Origin: Microcoleus sp.
GTDB lineage: Bacteria > Cyanobacteriota > Cyanobacteriia > Cyanobacteriales > Microcoleaceae
Assembly: GCA_042408215.1 (NCBI GenBank)
Contig: JAYFMW010000017.1
Span: 224,001 to 288,000 of the forward strand
Direction: 5' to 3'
DNA length: 64,000 nucleotides
Shown: positions 31,308 to 41,088 of the stretch, piece by piece
Layout of the letters: each line of letters opens with the position of its first letter
Position numbering within the stretch: the first letter of the stretch is position 1
Notes under the pieces: model-generated
Databases searched by the model: none
What the model was told of the DNA's origin: nothing
The model's input: only the letters and a program-made list of their open reading frames with translations
Position numbers and translations under genes: made by a program

Positions 31308-32120
31308 TTAAAATTCCGAAGAACTCAGCAGCAGCCTAATTTTTTCAGCATCGTTTAATTCGCCTACAATTCGCCGCACTGGTTTCGGCCAAACTTTAAT
31401 CAACGTAGGAGTTGCAGAAATTTGATCTGACTCCGCTTGTTCGGGATGTTTGAAAACATCTATCACTTTTAAAGTGTAGGGATGATTGAGGGATTGCTCT
31501 AATAACTGATGTACAGTCACGAGAGTGTGTTCAGTGTTGGGGTTGCTGCCGGAAACAAACAGCCGTAAAACGTACCCTTGAGTCTCAAGTGCGCCTACAC
31601 CGGATGCACTTGAGTGCAAGCTCTTGGTTGGCGGCGGCGACGACGGGAAGCGCGACGGGGGTGGAGTTGTCTCAGGAAACTGTTGAGTCGATCGAGATTG
31701 GGCGATCGGAAACTGTACAACTAAGTCGTGATTTTCCCAAAGTTGGGGGAATTGCTCGTAATAGGTAGCGATCGCCATCGGCTCGCACATTTCTTCACGG
31801 AGGAGGTGCCACACCAAGTCGCCCTTGTCAAAAACCGCATTCAGCAGCGTTTGATGGCGCAGCACGGGGGGGTAGGCTTCTGCTGAAACTCGCAACTGAC
31901 GATCGCGCGGATCGAGCCAGCAGTCAACGGTTGCCGTATAGCAAGGTATCAAAAAATGCGGCGGTTCCGACAAGCCCAGTATTTCCTGTAGGGCTACGCA
32001 CAATTGCAAATGCCACCGAGTTTGCTTGCGATCGTCTATGCAGTAGATTAAATCTCCCCCTGGTGTAAACAGAGCAATGCCTTTGAAAAATTTGGGCAAG
32101 GTTGGGCGATCGGCTTTCAA
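31308..32120 (-). CDS. KaiB-domain protein with a long N-terminal domain
   Basis: C-terminal YVLRLFVSG...LKVIDVFKHPEQAE...ATPTLIK.WPKPVRRIVGEL. Confidence 0.85.
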   Translation of the reverse strand: MKADRPTLPKFFKGIALFTPGGDLIYCIDDRKQTRWHLQLCVALQEILGLSEPPHFLIPCYTATVDCWLDPRDRQLRVSAEAYPPVLRHQTLLNAVFDKGDLVWHLLREEMCEPMAIATYYEQFPQLWENHDLVVQFPIAQSRSTQQFPETTPPPSRFPSSPPPTKSLHSSASGVGALETQGYVLRLFVSGSNPNTEHTLVTVHQLLEQSLNHPYTLKVIDVFKHPEQAESDQISATPTLIKVWPKPVRRIVGELNDAEKIRLLLSSSEF

Positions 32121-32134
32121 TGAAGTACACCAAT

Positions 32135-32184
32135 AACAGTTAACAATTAACAGTTAACAGTTAACAATTAACAGTTAACTGTTA
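32135..32184. repeat. Heptamer STRR tract (aacagtt/aacaatt)
   Basis: Directly visible tandem 7-mers. Confidence 0.85.
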
Positions 32185-32195
32185 ATTCTCGATTT

Positions 32196-33533
32196 TTAAA
32201 CTCTACCTCGAAGCATTTGGGCCATTTCGTTAGGAGATGGGGACTGTTCGAGACAAATCTCCTCGGTGACACGACCCTCTTGATATAGCCCGTAAAGACA
32301 CTTATTCATCGTCGTCATACCCTCATAGGTATCCTTGATCATGATTTGGTTAATTTCTTCACTCTGCCCCTTCATGATGTATTCCTTAACCACGTCAGTA
32401 TTGATCAGAATGTCGTGGTAGGCTGCCCGCTTGCCGTCTGTGGTTTTGCACAGCATTTGAGCGATGATTGCCAATAGAGATTCAGCCATCGAAACCCGTA
32501 GAGCCGGTTGCTCTTCGGAATTGAACATATCCAGAATCCGGTTCAGGGTTTTGACAGCGCTGTTGGTGTGCAGCGTCCCCGCTACCAAGTGACCCGTTTG
32601 GGCCGCTTTCAGGGCGATTTCCACTGTTTCTCTGTCGCGAATTTCCCCTACTAGCATCATGTCTGGGTCTTGTCGCAGGGCCCCTTTCAGGGCGTTGACA
32701 AACTTGAGGGTGTGTCGGCCCACTTCCCGGTGCTTGATCAAAGATTTTTTACTGGTGTGTACAAATTCTACAGGGTCTTCAATCGTGATGATGTGGTGAG
32801 AATTATTCTTGTTGATGTAGTCAATCATGGCGGCCATTGTGGTGGACTTACCGGAACCAGTCGGCCCTGTCACCAAAATTAGACCTTTGTGATAGCCACA
32901 TATTTTCCGAAACACCTCCGGTAGCTTCAATTGCTCCATTGTCAAAATTTCGGCCGGGATGAGCCGCAATACCATAGCAGGGCCGGCCAAAGAGTCAAAG
33001 GCGCTGATCCGAATGCGGACGAAACCAAAGTCGAAAGCGCCGTCAAAGTCCAGGTTTTTCTGGAAGTAGGCAATTTCTTCATCAGTCATGCACTCCCGCA
33101 GCCAACCCATAAAGACATCTAAATCAGTCGTTGGATAACCCGCATCGGTAATCTCACCGCGTTTGCGGAAGCGGGGGATCTCATTTACTCCCAAGTGCAA
33201 GTCAGAAATGCCTTCTTCTTTGGCTCGCTGGACGAGCTGTCTCAAAGTCGGGTTTCCGTTGTTTTCTGAGCTTGAGCTGACGGGCGTGGCCAAGGATTGG
33301 GGGGCTGGTGCAGCAGTCGCCGGTGGCGCGGGGGGAGCCGCTGGTGCAGCAGTCGCCGCTGGTGCGGGGGGAGCCGCCGCTGGTGCGGGGGGAGCCGCTG
33401 GTGGTGCTGGTGGCGGTGCTGGTGGCGCTCCTGCTGCTCTGGGAATGCCTGGAGCTGGAGGGCGTGGCATACCTGGGGGTGGGGGAGCACCGGGTGCGGG
33501 GGGGCGGGGAGCTGGCGGTGGCTGTTGTGTCAT
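32196..33533 (-). CDS. pilT: Type IV pilus retraction ATPase, PilT2-like, with a Pro/Ala-rich N-terminal extension
   Basis: SDLHL, GPTGSGKSTT, TIEDPVE, LRQDPD..LVGEIRD and TLHTNS motifs. Confidence 0.93.
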   Translation of the reverse strand: MTQQPPPAPRPPAPGAPPPPGMPRPPAPGIPRAAGAPPAPPPAPPAAPPAPAAAPPAPAATAAPAAPPAPPATAAPAPQSLATPVSSSSENNGNPTLRQLVQRAKEEGISDLHLGVNEIPRFRKRGEITDAGYPTTDLDVFMGWLRECMTDEEIAYFQKNLDFDGAFDFGFVRIRISAFDSLAGPAMVLRLIPAEILTMEQLKLPEVFRKICGYHKGLILVTGPTGSGKSTTMAAMIDYINKNNSHHIITIEDPVEFVHTSKKSLIKHREVGRHTLKFVNALKGALRQDPDMMLVGEIRDRETVEIALKAAQTGHLVAGTLHTNSAVKTLNRILDMFNSEEQPALRVSMAESLLAIIAQMLCKTTDGKRAAYHDILINTDVVKEYIMKGQSEEINQIMIKDTYEGMTTMNKCLYGLYQEGRVTEEICLEQSPSPNEMAQMLRGRV

Positions 33534-33971
33534 AAAAAAGTTCGGTATGTGGGAAACTCAGTGGCTTGAGCTTAGAGAGGGAAACGACACGAGTGGTTTT
33601 AACCACCGTGAATCTTTTTTGTCCATTACCGCCTTGGGATTACTTGATTCGGTGTACTTTTGTAATGTACTTTCAGTGGGACAATTACCATTTCAAATTT
33701 CGCAATCCTGTACGCATAATGGTTTGCTCTTTTATAGCCTCCCTTGCGGGGTAATGTTCGCTTCGACCTGGTTATAAAGGCTTGTGAGACCTGCAACACT
33801 GTTTCAGTGACTTTAAAACTGTTTAATTGCAGATGACAGAGCTCTTAACTAGCGTCGCATTCAGAGGTGTCGTGACCTAAATAACGTTTACCTATTACTA
33901 GGTGGTCTGGTCAGTACAGCTTGCTCGATTACTCTTACAAGCTCAGTCCCGGAGCGGGCTGAGTTACTGAC
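33534..33971 (-). mobile_element. Non-autonomous IscB-type IS200/IS605 element (omega/HEARO RNA only), copy 1
   Basis: Minus strand starts GTCAGTAACTCAGCCC...GGGACTGAGCTTG (left-end hairpin) and ends CTCAAGCCACTGAGTTTCCCAC...TTTTTT before ATGA; homologous to 42821-43192. Confidence 0.8.
33735..33971 (-). ncRNA. omegaRNA/HEARO-like scaffold
   Basis: Blocks GACCAG..AACGTTATTT..GTCACGACACC..GAATGCG..CTAG..CTCTGTC..TTAAACAG..CAGTG..AAGCC..ATAACC..GTCGAAGCGAACAT are conserved in both copies. Confidence 0.75.
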
Positions 33972-34276
33972 GCGCTACCTTAAAGTTGGCGAGCAGGCGG
34001 ACTCGCTCGGATGATTTGCGGAAGTCTGGGAATGCTGAACGCGATTGTGAGTGTCTTGCACAAAAGCTTAACTGTTGAAATTAGTCTATCTCAAGAGCGA
34101 GTCAAACTGCTGCACCTGAACGGGAATATTCTTCCCTTTGCCCAATGCGATCGCCATCAATATAGGATAAGTAATGGATTTTCTACGTCTCTTGAGATTT
34201 TTTTTAGGTTCAGAGTTTTCACCGATCAAAAAGTATAAATTGTTACCGCTATTTCTATTTTAAGGAATTGGATCAA

Positions 34277-35677
34277 ATGAATTCTGTTGATTGGGCTTTG
34301 ACTCCGGCTCTGGAATTGGCGAAGTCGATCCGCACTCTTGAGGTGTCGCCGATCGAACTTGTCAACCTGTACTTGGAACGGATCGATCGACTAAACCCTC
34401 AACTGGGCAGTTATTTTACCGTGACAGCCGATCGCGCGATCGCCCTGGCCAAATCCCAAACAGAGCAACTAGCTGGGTTAAACAAGCTGCAAGAATTGCC
34501 ACCTTTTTTCGGAGTTCCGATCGCCATTAAAGACTTGACACCAGTGACCGGCGTTCCCTGTACCTATGGCACCCAGGCTCTACAAGGCAATATCTCTGGC
34601 TACGACGAGTCAGTAGTATGGCGGATCAAAGCAGCAGGATTTAACATTCTGGGCAAAACCGCAACAGCTCAGATTGGCTCCTTACCCTACACCGAACCAG
34701 AAGGTTTCCCACCGGCGCGCAATCCCTGGAACCCAGATTACACAGCAGGAGGTTCCAGTGGAGGCTCAGCGGCGGCTGTAGCGGCGGGTTTATGCGCGAT
34801 CGCCCAGGGTTCAGACGGCGGCGGTTCAATTCGAGGTCCGGCATCCTGCTGCGGTTTAGTGGGCATTAAACCCTCGCGGGGGCGCGTTTCCTGGGCACCT
34901 GTGGGAGATTATCTGAGCGGCATTTCTGCCAACGGCCCGATCGCTCGCACAGTGGCCGATGCGGCTGCACTTTTAGATGTAATGTCAGGCTACACAACCG
35001 GCGATCCCTACTGGCTCCCAGATCCAAATCCCACGTTTCTAGAGGCTGCAAGTCAAAAGTTGGGCAAGCTGCGAATTGCTTTTTCTACCGCTGTTTTCCC
35101 TGTGGGCGAGGCATCGCCTGTGTGTCAGCAAGCGGTACTCGATACCGTAAAATTACTGACTGATTTGGGTCACGATGTAGAACCTGGATGCCCGGATTTT
35201 ACAGGTTTGATCGAGCCGTTTACGGCAATTTGGCAGTCTGGGGCGGCAGCCAGTGGAATTCCGGCACCTGCTTTGGAACCGATGAATCGCTGGCTGTTGG
35301 AAAGAACTATTTCGGCTGGGGAGTATTTGCGGGCTGTGAATCAAATGCAGGTGATTTCGCGGCGGATTGTGGGATTTTTTCAGAATTTTGACCTGTTAGT
35401 TTTGCCGACTTATATGCACTCGCCAATTCGGATTGGTGAGTGGGCGGATTTGAGTTGTGAAGAAACTTTGGCTAATATTGTGAATTGGATTGCTCCATGT
35501 CCACCGTTTAATGCTAGTGGCCAACCGGCGATCGCACTTCCTGCGATTTTAGATTCTCATGGTTTGCCGGTGGGAATTCAAATTATCGGCCGGCCAGCGG
35601 CGGAAGCAACTTTAATTGCTTTGGCGGCGCAGATGGAAGCAGCAAAACCTTTTCCGATTTTAAATTTTGACAGCTAA
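34277..35677 (+). CDS. Amidase signature family protein
   Basis: GVPIAIKD, GGSSGGSAAAVA and GSDGGGSIRGPA. Confidence 0.92.
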   Translation: MNSVDWALTPALELAKSIRTLEVSPIELVNLYLERIDRLNPQLGSYFTVTADRAIALAKSQTEQLAGLNKLQELPPFFGVPIAIKDLTPVTGVPCTYGTQALQGNISGYDESVVWRIKAAGFNILGKTATAQIGSLPYTEPEGFPPARNPWNPDYTAGGSSGGSAAAVAAGLCAIAQGSDGGGSIRGPASCCGLVGIKPSRGRVSWAPVGDYLSGISANGPIARTVADAAALLDVMSGYTTGDPYWLPDPNPTFLEAASQKLGKLRIAFSTAVFPVGEASPVCQQAVLDTVKLLTDLGHDVEPGCPDFTGLIEPFTAIWQSGAAASGIPAPALEPMNRWLLERTISAGEYLRAVNQMQVISRRIVGFFQNFDLLVLPTYMHSPIRIGEWADLSCEETLANIVNWIAPCPPFNASGQPAIALPAILDSHGLPVGIQIIGRPAAEATLIALAAQMEAAKPFPILNFDS

Positions 35678-35692
35678 TAATGTAATTTAACC

Positions 35693-36154
35693 ATGATTAT
35701 CAATCCTGAAAATGTGCCGAATAGTATCGGATCGAATTATCCTCAGCAATTCAAATCTGCTGTTTCGGGAAGAGTCAAAAAACGATTGGGCGATGCTGCG
35801 GGATTGAAGAATTTTGGCGTAAATTTAGTGCGGCTTGCACCGGGAAGTTGTTCTGCTCTCAGACACTGGCATACTTGTCAAGATGAGTTAATCTATGTTC
35901 TGGAAGGGGATGTTTCTTTGGTCACGAATTCGGGAGAGCAAGTGCTAAAACCGGGCATGGTGGCTGGTTTTCCGGCTGGTGATGCAGATGGGCATCATTT
36001 AGTCAATCGCACGAATTCAGATGTTGTTTATCTGGAAATTGGCGCTCGCACTTTGGGCGATGAAGTCACTTATCCCGATGATGACTTAATTGCCAAATTT
36101 ATCGGGAACAATTGGATATTTGGACACAAAAACGGCGATATTTATGAGGATTAA
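35693..36154 (+). CDS. Cupin-domain protein
   Basis: SALRHWH..QDE.IYVLEG and FPAG..DGHHLVN. Confidence 0.88.
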   Translation: MIINPENVPNSIGSNYPQQFKSAVSGRVKKRLGDAAGLKNFGVNLVRLAPGSCSALRHWHTCQDELIYVLEGDVSLVTNSGEQVLKPGMVAGFPAGDADGHHLVNRTNSDVVYLEIGARTLGDEVTYPDDDLIAKFIGNNWIFGHKNGDIYED

Positions 36155-36160
36155 AAAATT

Positions 36161-36820
36161 ATGAGTCAAGTCAATCTTTGGACTTCGGCGGAACACGCTT
36201 TGTGGTATCTCGCTAAAGCCGATAGTATCCCCCACCGCACGGAAGGTGAAGCTGTACTTTTGGGGGAAGTTCCGAAAAATGTCAAGCGGATTCTGGATGT
36301 GGGTACGGGAGATGGGCGTTTGTTGGGTTTGCTTAAGTGCGATCGGCCAAATGTTCAAAGTGTGGCGATCGACTTTTCGCCTACAATGTTGGAAAAAGTC
36401 AGAACTCGTTTTGCTGAAGACCAAAATGTCACAATAATCGAACATAATTTTGATGACTCGTTGCCGGATTTGGGCAAGTTTGATGCGGTTGTTTCTAGTT
36501 TTGCCATACACCATGTAGAGGACGATCGCAAACGTTCCCTTTACGCCGAGATTTTCAACCTCTTAGAACCGGGAGGCATCTTTTGCAATTTAGAGCACGT
36601 CGCTTCAGCAACTCCGGCTTTGCATCAGAAATTTCGAGAAGCACTTGGTATTAGCGATAGACCAGACGATCCGTCTAATAAATTGCTCGATGTCGAAACA
36701 CAATTGCGCTGGTTTAGAGAAATTGGTTTTACCGATGCAGATTGTTATTGGAAGTGGCGGGAACTAGCTTTGTTAGTTGGGGTGAAACCTGTTGACAAAA
36801 ATTTACCTAAACCTTCTTAA
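36161..36820 (+). CDS. Class I SAM-dependent methyltransferase
   Basis: ILDVGTGDG and FDAVVSSFAIHH. Confidence 0.9.
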   Translation: MSQVNLWTSAEHALWYLAKADSIPHRTEGEAVLLGEVPKNVKRILDVGTGDGRLLGLLKCDRPNVQSVAIDFSPTMLEKVRTRFAEDQNVTIIEHNFDDSLPDLGKFDAVVSSFAIHHVEDDRKRSLYAEIFNLLEPGGIFCNLEHVASATPALHQKFREALGISDRPDDPSNKLLDVETQLRWFREIGFTDADCYWKWRELALLVGVKPVDKNLPKPS

Positions 36821-36902
36821 ATCTCTCCAAAGACTACGCTATAATAGCTAGATGAGTAAGTAGCCCAGCTCTCAAGAAATCGCTCAAAAACTGTTACCAG
36901 AT

Positions 36903-37118
36903 ATGTACGCCATCAAGCTTGAAATCAAACTTACAGCAATTCCCGCTGTTATGAAACACGGTAGGGACACGGCAATGCCGTGTCCCTAGGAGGATTGAAC
37001 GATAAGTGAGTGTACCTCATAACAGCGGTTTCCGCTGTAATAACAAGGAACGTACCTTGATGGCGCGACATTCTGGCAAGACCAAGATTTTGCTACAATT
37101 ACGCCTTAGCCCTCTATC
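36903..37118 (+). pseudogene. N-terminal remnant of an IS200/IS605 TnpB, split by a MITE
   Basis: Removing 36934-37039 restores MYAIKLEIKLNNKERTLMARHSG, then RFCYNYALAL after a frameshift; this resembles the TnpB N-terminal HTH. Confidence 0.65.
36932..37039. mobile_element. ~108-bp MITE with terminal inverted repeats and a TA duplication
   Basis: TAcagcaattcccgctgttatga ... tcataacagcggtttccgctgTA; internal tagggacacggc/gccgtgtcccta hairpin. Confidence 0.75.
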
Positions 37119-37273
37119 ATATCAATTCCGGTTGCACTCAGAGATGATTGTTGACGGTTGACGTTTGACCGTTGACAGTTAACAGTTAACAGTTAACAGT
37201 TAACAGTTAACTGTTGACCGTTGACAGTTAACAGTTAACTCAAATTTACTATTCCGATGAAGAGAGGATTTGA
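37119..37273. mobile_element. MITE-like element filled with aacagtt heptamers
   Basis: Ends tatc..ttccggttgca and attccgatgaagagaggattt are shared with 62189-62316. Confidence 0.6.
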
Positions 37274-37875
37274 GATCGAGGAGCTAAAGACTTTCCTGGT
37301 AGTAGTAGCAAAATAATAGTACGGTTCACGATCAGACATGGACTGAGAAACTGTTATAAAGATTACCTATTGGGGGTCTGCTAATTTTTGACTTAGGCTT
37401 TTTAAACTTTACTTGGTTTGATGCCGAAAACTTTTTCAGAACGAGGATGAGAAATAAAATAGCTGAGAAAGTTACTGGTATCTTGTCGAGTGGAACTCTA
37501 TAAAGATGAGAAGATCAAAATGGGTAAGTACCGCTCGAATCCCTGTAACCATTAGGTTCGGTTAGTATCTGTGCTATGGGGAAAAACTTGGTACTATAGC
37601 CTTTCTCAGTAACAGTGTGGTGCACGCTTGATATAGGGCATAGGGGATTGGGCATAGGGCATAGGGCATAGGGCATCGGCTTGTACCTCATGGGGTTGAA
37701 AACCGCTAGATCCACCCGGTCACGAAAGCGGCCCCCCCTGAGCGAAGCGTTGGACGCTCGCCCAAGGACTACGCTCAGGATCAACTCCGCCGAAGTGTCG
37801 AACGGGTAGCCGAAGTGTTCCGAGAAACCGGGTTTTTTTGGCCTTAGTCCCTAAACTAATCAGCCGGACATGATA

Positions 37876-39312
37876 TCACTCGTCGGCAGTTAAAACTGAA
37901 TCTGGCTGCTGCGGATTGCTGTAAAAACTAGCAATAATTGCCACCATCAACCACCAGAGCATATTGACTTCCGGCCTATACCAAACAGTATCGACAAAAC
38001 CGTGGGCCATCATGCCGGCTAAAGTTGCGATCGCCCCAATCAACCAAAACCCCTGATTCGATTGGAGATTTGGATAGTTTTCGGTCAAGTTAGAACTGCT
38101 AAATTGCGCGTCACGCAATCTTTTGATTTGCAACAAACCTTGATTTACTGTTACTGTCAGCAGCCACAGAAAACAACTCAAACCGATAAAACCTGTTTCT
38201 ACGGCAATTTCTAGCAGCACTGAATAAGCGCTCAAAGCAGTGAACTTCGGCTTCATATAAAGCGGATAAACTTTATTAAAGGCAGTGTTTCCGGGGCCAA
38301 TTCCGAGAATTGGTCGATCGCGAATCATGTCAATCACCGCTGTCCAAACATTAATCCGAAAATTGTTACTGCTGTCGCCGCGGCCGATAAACATACTGGA
38401 AACTCGATCGCGCACGGGTTCCACCAAAGCCACTCCCAAAATTAACGCCCCAGCCAAACCTCCTAACCCTAACGGTAGAGCCCATTGCCGCCAAAACTTG
38501 GGCATCAAAGGATTGTACCAATACCACAGCAGCACTAAAAACACCACAAGTAAAGCTACAAAACCAATCCAAGCGCCCCTGCTGTCGGTGTAGCGCAAAC
38601 AGGCGCAATTCACCACCAACATCGTCAGCGCCAAAGCTCTAGTTGCCGATCCCTTCCACACAAAAAGTGCGGCTGCGCTGAATGCAATTGCTGGTAGCAG
38701 ATAGGAACCAAGCAGGTTGGGATTACCTAAAAAGCTGTAAACCCGCGTGACATTGGCTTGAGTAGAAGTTGGATCGTTCCAAGTAGCCAGCGGTGGCACT
38801 TTATCGATCCACTGTCGCACGCCGTAGAAACTGACGATGAGAGCGACGTTCAAATACACGGCGATTAACCACGAGCGTAAACGGGGCGATCGCAATATCC
38901 TCGCCATTAGCCCAAAAAACAGCAAATACAGCGTCAACTTCGTCCAGCCGGTAAAAGCGGCCGCCTTTACCGGAGACATCGCGGTTGCTACCGTCGCAAT
39001 GCCCCAGTAGAGCATTACCAGCAGGTGAATGGGTGTCAGGGCGATCGCGCGATCGTCCGAAACAGTCAGCAGCACCCAAAAAGCAGCACAAGCCGCCATC
39101 AACACACCCACTAGGGCATTGTTGACAAAGGGGCCTAAGCCAAACGTCAAAGCAAGCAAAACAAAACCTAGCGGTTCCGCCCACTGCATTAGCCAGCTAC
39201 TCTGCCGCCAACTTCGCGCATTGCCGATCGCTACATTCAATAAATAACTTCCACTTTGCCACTGTAAGAGCGGCAAATTTGTCAGAGTTAACTGTTGCCA
39301 AACTGAATTCAT
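37876..39312 (-). CDS. ictB: IctB-family (O-antigen ligase-like) membrane protein
   Basis: MNSVWQQ start; RVYSFLGNPNLL, DSSNNFRINVW and HGFVDTVWYRP. Confidence 0.9.
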   Translation of the reverse strand: MNSVWQQLTLTNLPLLQWQSGSYLLNVAIGNARSWRQSSWLMQWAEPLGFVLLALTFGLGPFVNNALVGVLMAACAAFWVLLTVSDDRAIALTPIHLLVMLYWGIATVATAMSPVKAAAFTGWTKLTLYLLFFGLMARILRSPRLRSWLIAVYLNVALIVSFYGVRQWIDKVPPLATWNDPTSTQANVTRVYSFLGNPNLLGSYLLPAIAFSAAALFVWKGSATRALALTMLVVNCACLRYTDSRGAWIGFVALLVVFLVLLWYWYNPLMPKFWRQWALPLGLGGLAGALILGVALVEPVRDRVSSMFIGRGDSSNNFRINVWTAVIDMIRDRPILGIGPGNTAFNKVYPLYMKPKFTALSAYSVLLEIAVETGFIGLSCFLWLLTVTVNQGLLQIKRLRDAQFSSSNLTENYPNLQSNQGFWLIGAIATLAGMMAHGFVDTVWYRPEVNMLWWLMVAIIASFYSNPQQPDSVLTADE

Positions 39313-39579
39313 TTCAATTTTTATGGTAATTGGTAATGGGGAATTGGGCATCTGTAATATCATGTCCGGTTAATCAGTTATCATTCGAGTGCGAGCGTCC
39401 CGCTCGCGAGCGAGACGCTCGCACTCCGAAATAAATATAAGCGATCGCCCGGACTTGATATAATTGGTAATCGGTAATCGGTTATTGGAAGTTAGAACAA
39501 CAAATAACCACTAACAAATAACCACTAACAAATAACCACTAACTAATGACTAATGACTAATGACTAATGACTTCTTCCT

Positions 39580-40473
39580 TCATCCTTCCAACAACTCCGT
39601 AGCATTTGTGCAGGGGAGCCAGAGCAGGTAGCGATACCCTGATTCCGGCGATCCTTGAATCGAGAGTTGGCCGCCTTGAATTTCCACCAACTGGCAGCTC
39701 ATGAGCAGCCCCAAACGTTCCCTATCCCCGTAGCCAGCTAACAGCGGTGCAGTATCCGCCGCCTGAGCCGCCATCGAGGCCGCCAACTCTGAGAAGGAAA
39801 GGGTTAATCGTTCTTGATTCTGTGCCGACAGAGGTAGTGGCGATCCGAGTCCGAGTTCCCTGTTGTCCGAGTTCGATTCTGAACTCTGACCCGATCGGGC
39901 TTTCCACAAGTAGTCGGAGTAGAGTTTAGCATGGGGCAAACTTTCTCCCAACCAAGGGTGAAAAACCCAAACTCCGATGTTGATTCCGTCTTCTTTCCGA
40001 GAAACGTGCACTCGAATTACGCTACCAGCCCCAGCAGATTGAATGACACTAAAAATTAAGTGGTGTAGCATTTGCTGAACTTTATCCTTATCCGCCAGCC
40101 AAATCCGCGGACCGGGGCCCATAGACAGGTTAATTTCTTGCTCTCGTCTAGAAGCTGGCTGCAACAGGGTAGTCACTACCTGCTGGCACAAAGTTTCTAT
40201 ATCGACGGCGCTCCGCTTTAGGGTGAAACTGGATTCATGCAATTCTGTGAGTTCCAAAATTTCTTCGACTAGCGATCGCAAAGACCGGCTGCTGTCTTGG
40301 ATCACGTCGATATATTCTTTTTGCTTGCTCGTTAGGGGCCCGTAAATTTCTTGGCTCAACACACTTGCCATGCCCATAACTGAAGTGAGCGGGGTGAGCA
40401 ATTCTTGCGCCAAATAATTCAGCAGTTTTACCTTAATTGAGTTAGTAGACAAATCGATCGGTTTGTTAGTCAT
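39580..40473 (-). CDS. Degenerate histidine kinase-like protein (HisKA-HATPase, no sensor domain)
   Basis: QELLTPLTSVMGM where HELRTPL is expected; ATP-lid boxes are degenerate. Confidence 0.75.
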   Translation of the reverse strand: MTNKPIDLSTNSIKVKLLNYLAQELLTPLTSVMGMASVLSQEIYGPLTSKQKEYIDVIQDSSRSLRSLVEEILELTELHESSFTLKRSAVDIETLCQQVVTTLLQPASRREQEINLSMGPGPRIWLADKDKVQQMLHHLIFSVIQSAGAGSVIRVHVSRKEDGINIGVWVFHPWLGESLPHAKLYSDYLWKARSGQSSESNSDNRELGLGSPLPLSAQNQERLTLSFSELAASMAAQAADTAPLLAGYGDRERLGLLMSCQLVEIQGGQLSIQGSPESGYRYLLWLPCTNATELLEG

Positions 40474-40663
40474 TGGTGATTTTTATGGCTTTATTATCGA
40501 TCGTTTATTGTTAGGGGTTTATTCGACCTCTTTCCCAAGTCTATAACAACTTGTTTGCAGTTGCAGACATCAGTCTTTTTTTTTCTAACTATTCTAGGTC
40601 GAGGGTGCTTAGGTTGCACCCTACCTCTGTTCATTTTGTTTGTTTAGCTCGAAATTAACCAAT

Positions 40664-41086
40664 CACCAATTCCCAATTCCTAATTCCCAATTCCCAATTC
40701 CCAATACTTCGGCGTAGTTGCTCCTGAGCCCTTCGGCTACGCTCAGGAGCAACGCAGTCGTTGGGCGGTTCCTGAACCCTTCGACGCAGTTTACCCGCTC
40801 GCGAATTCGAAGGGCTCAGGGGCCACGTAGTCGAAGGGCAGTACAAGTTCCCAATTCCCAATTCCCCATTCCCAATTCCCCATTCCCAATTCCCAATTCC
40901 CAATTCCCAATTCCCCATTCCCCATTCCCAATTCCCAATTCCCAATTCCCAATTCCCCATTCCCAATTCCCAATTCCCAATTCCCCATTCCCCATTCCCA
41001 ATTCCCAAGTCCCAATGCCCAATTCCCAATGCCCAATTCCCAATTCCCAATTCCCAATTCCCAATTCCCAATTCCCAATTCCCAAT
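40664..41086. repeat. Long STRR heptamer tract (ttcccaa/ttcccca) with an embedded REP-like insert
   Basis: Tandem 7-mers at 40664-40704 and 40848-41086 flank a cccttcg...cgaaggg element. Confidence 0.95.
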
Positions 41087-41088
41087 GA

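Noticed and set aside
33163..33777. Gly/Ala-rich + strand ORFs
   Set aside because: Antisense of the Pro/Ala-rich PilT2 extension running into the mobile element
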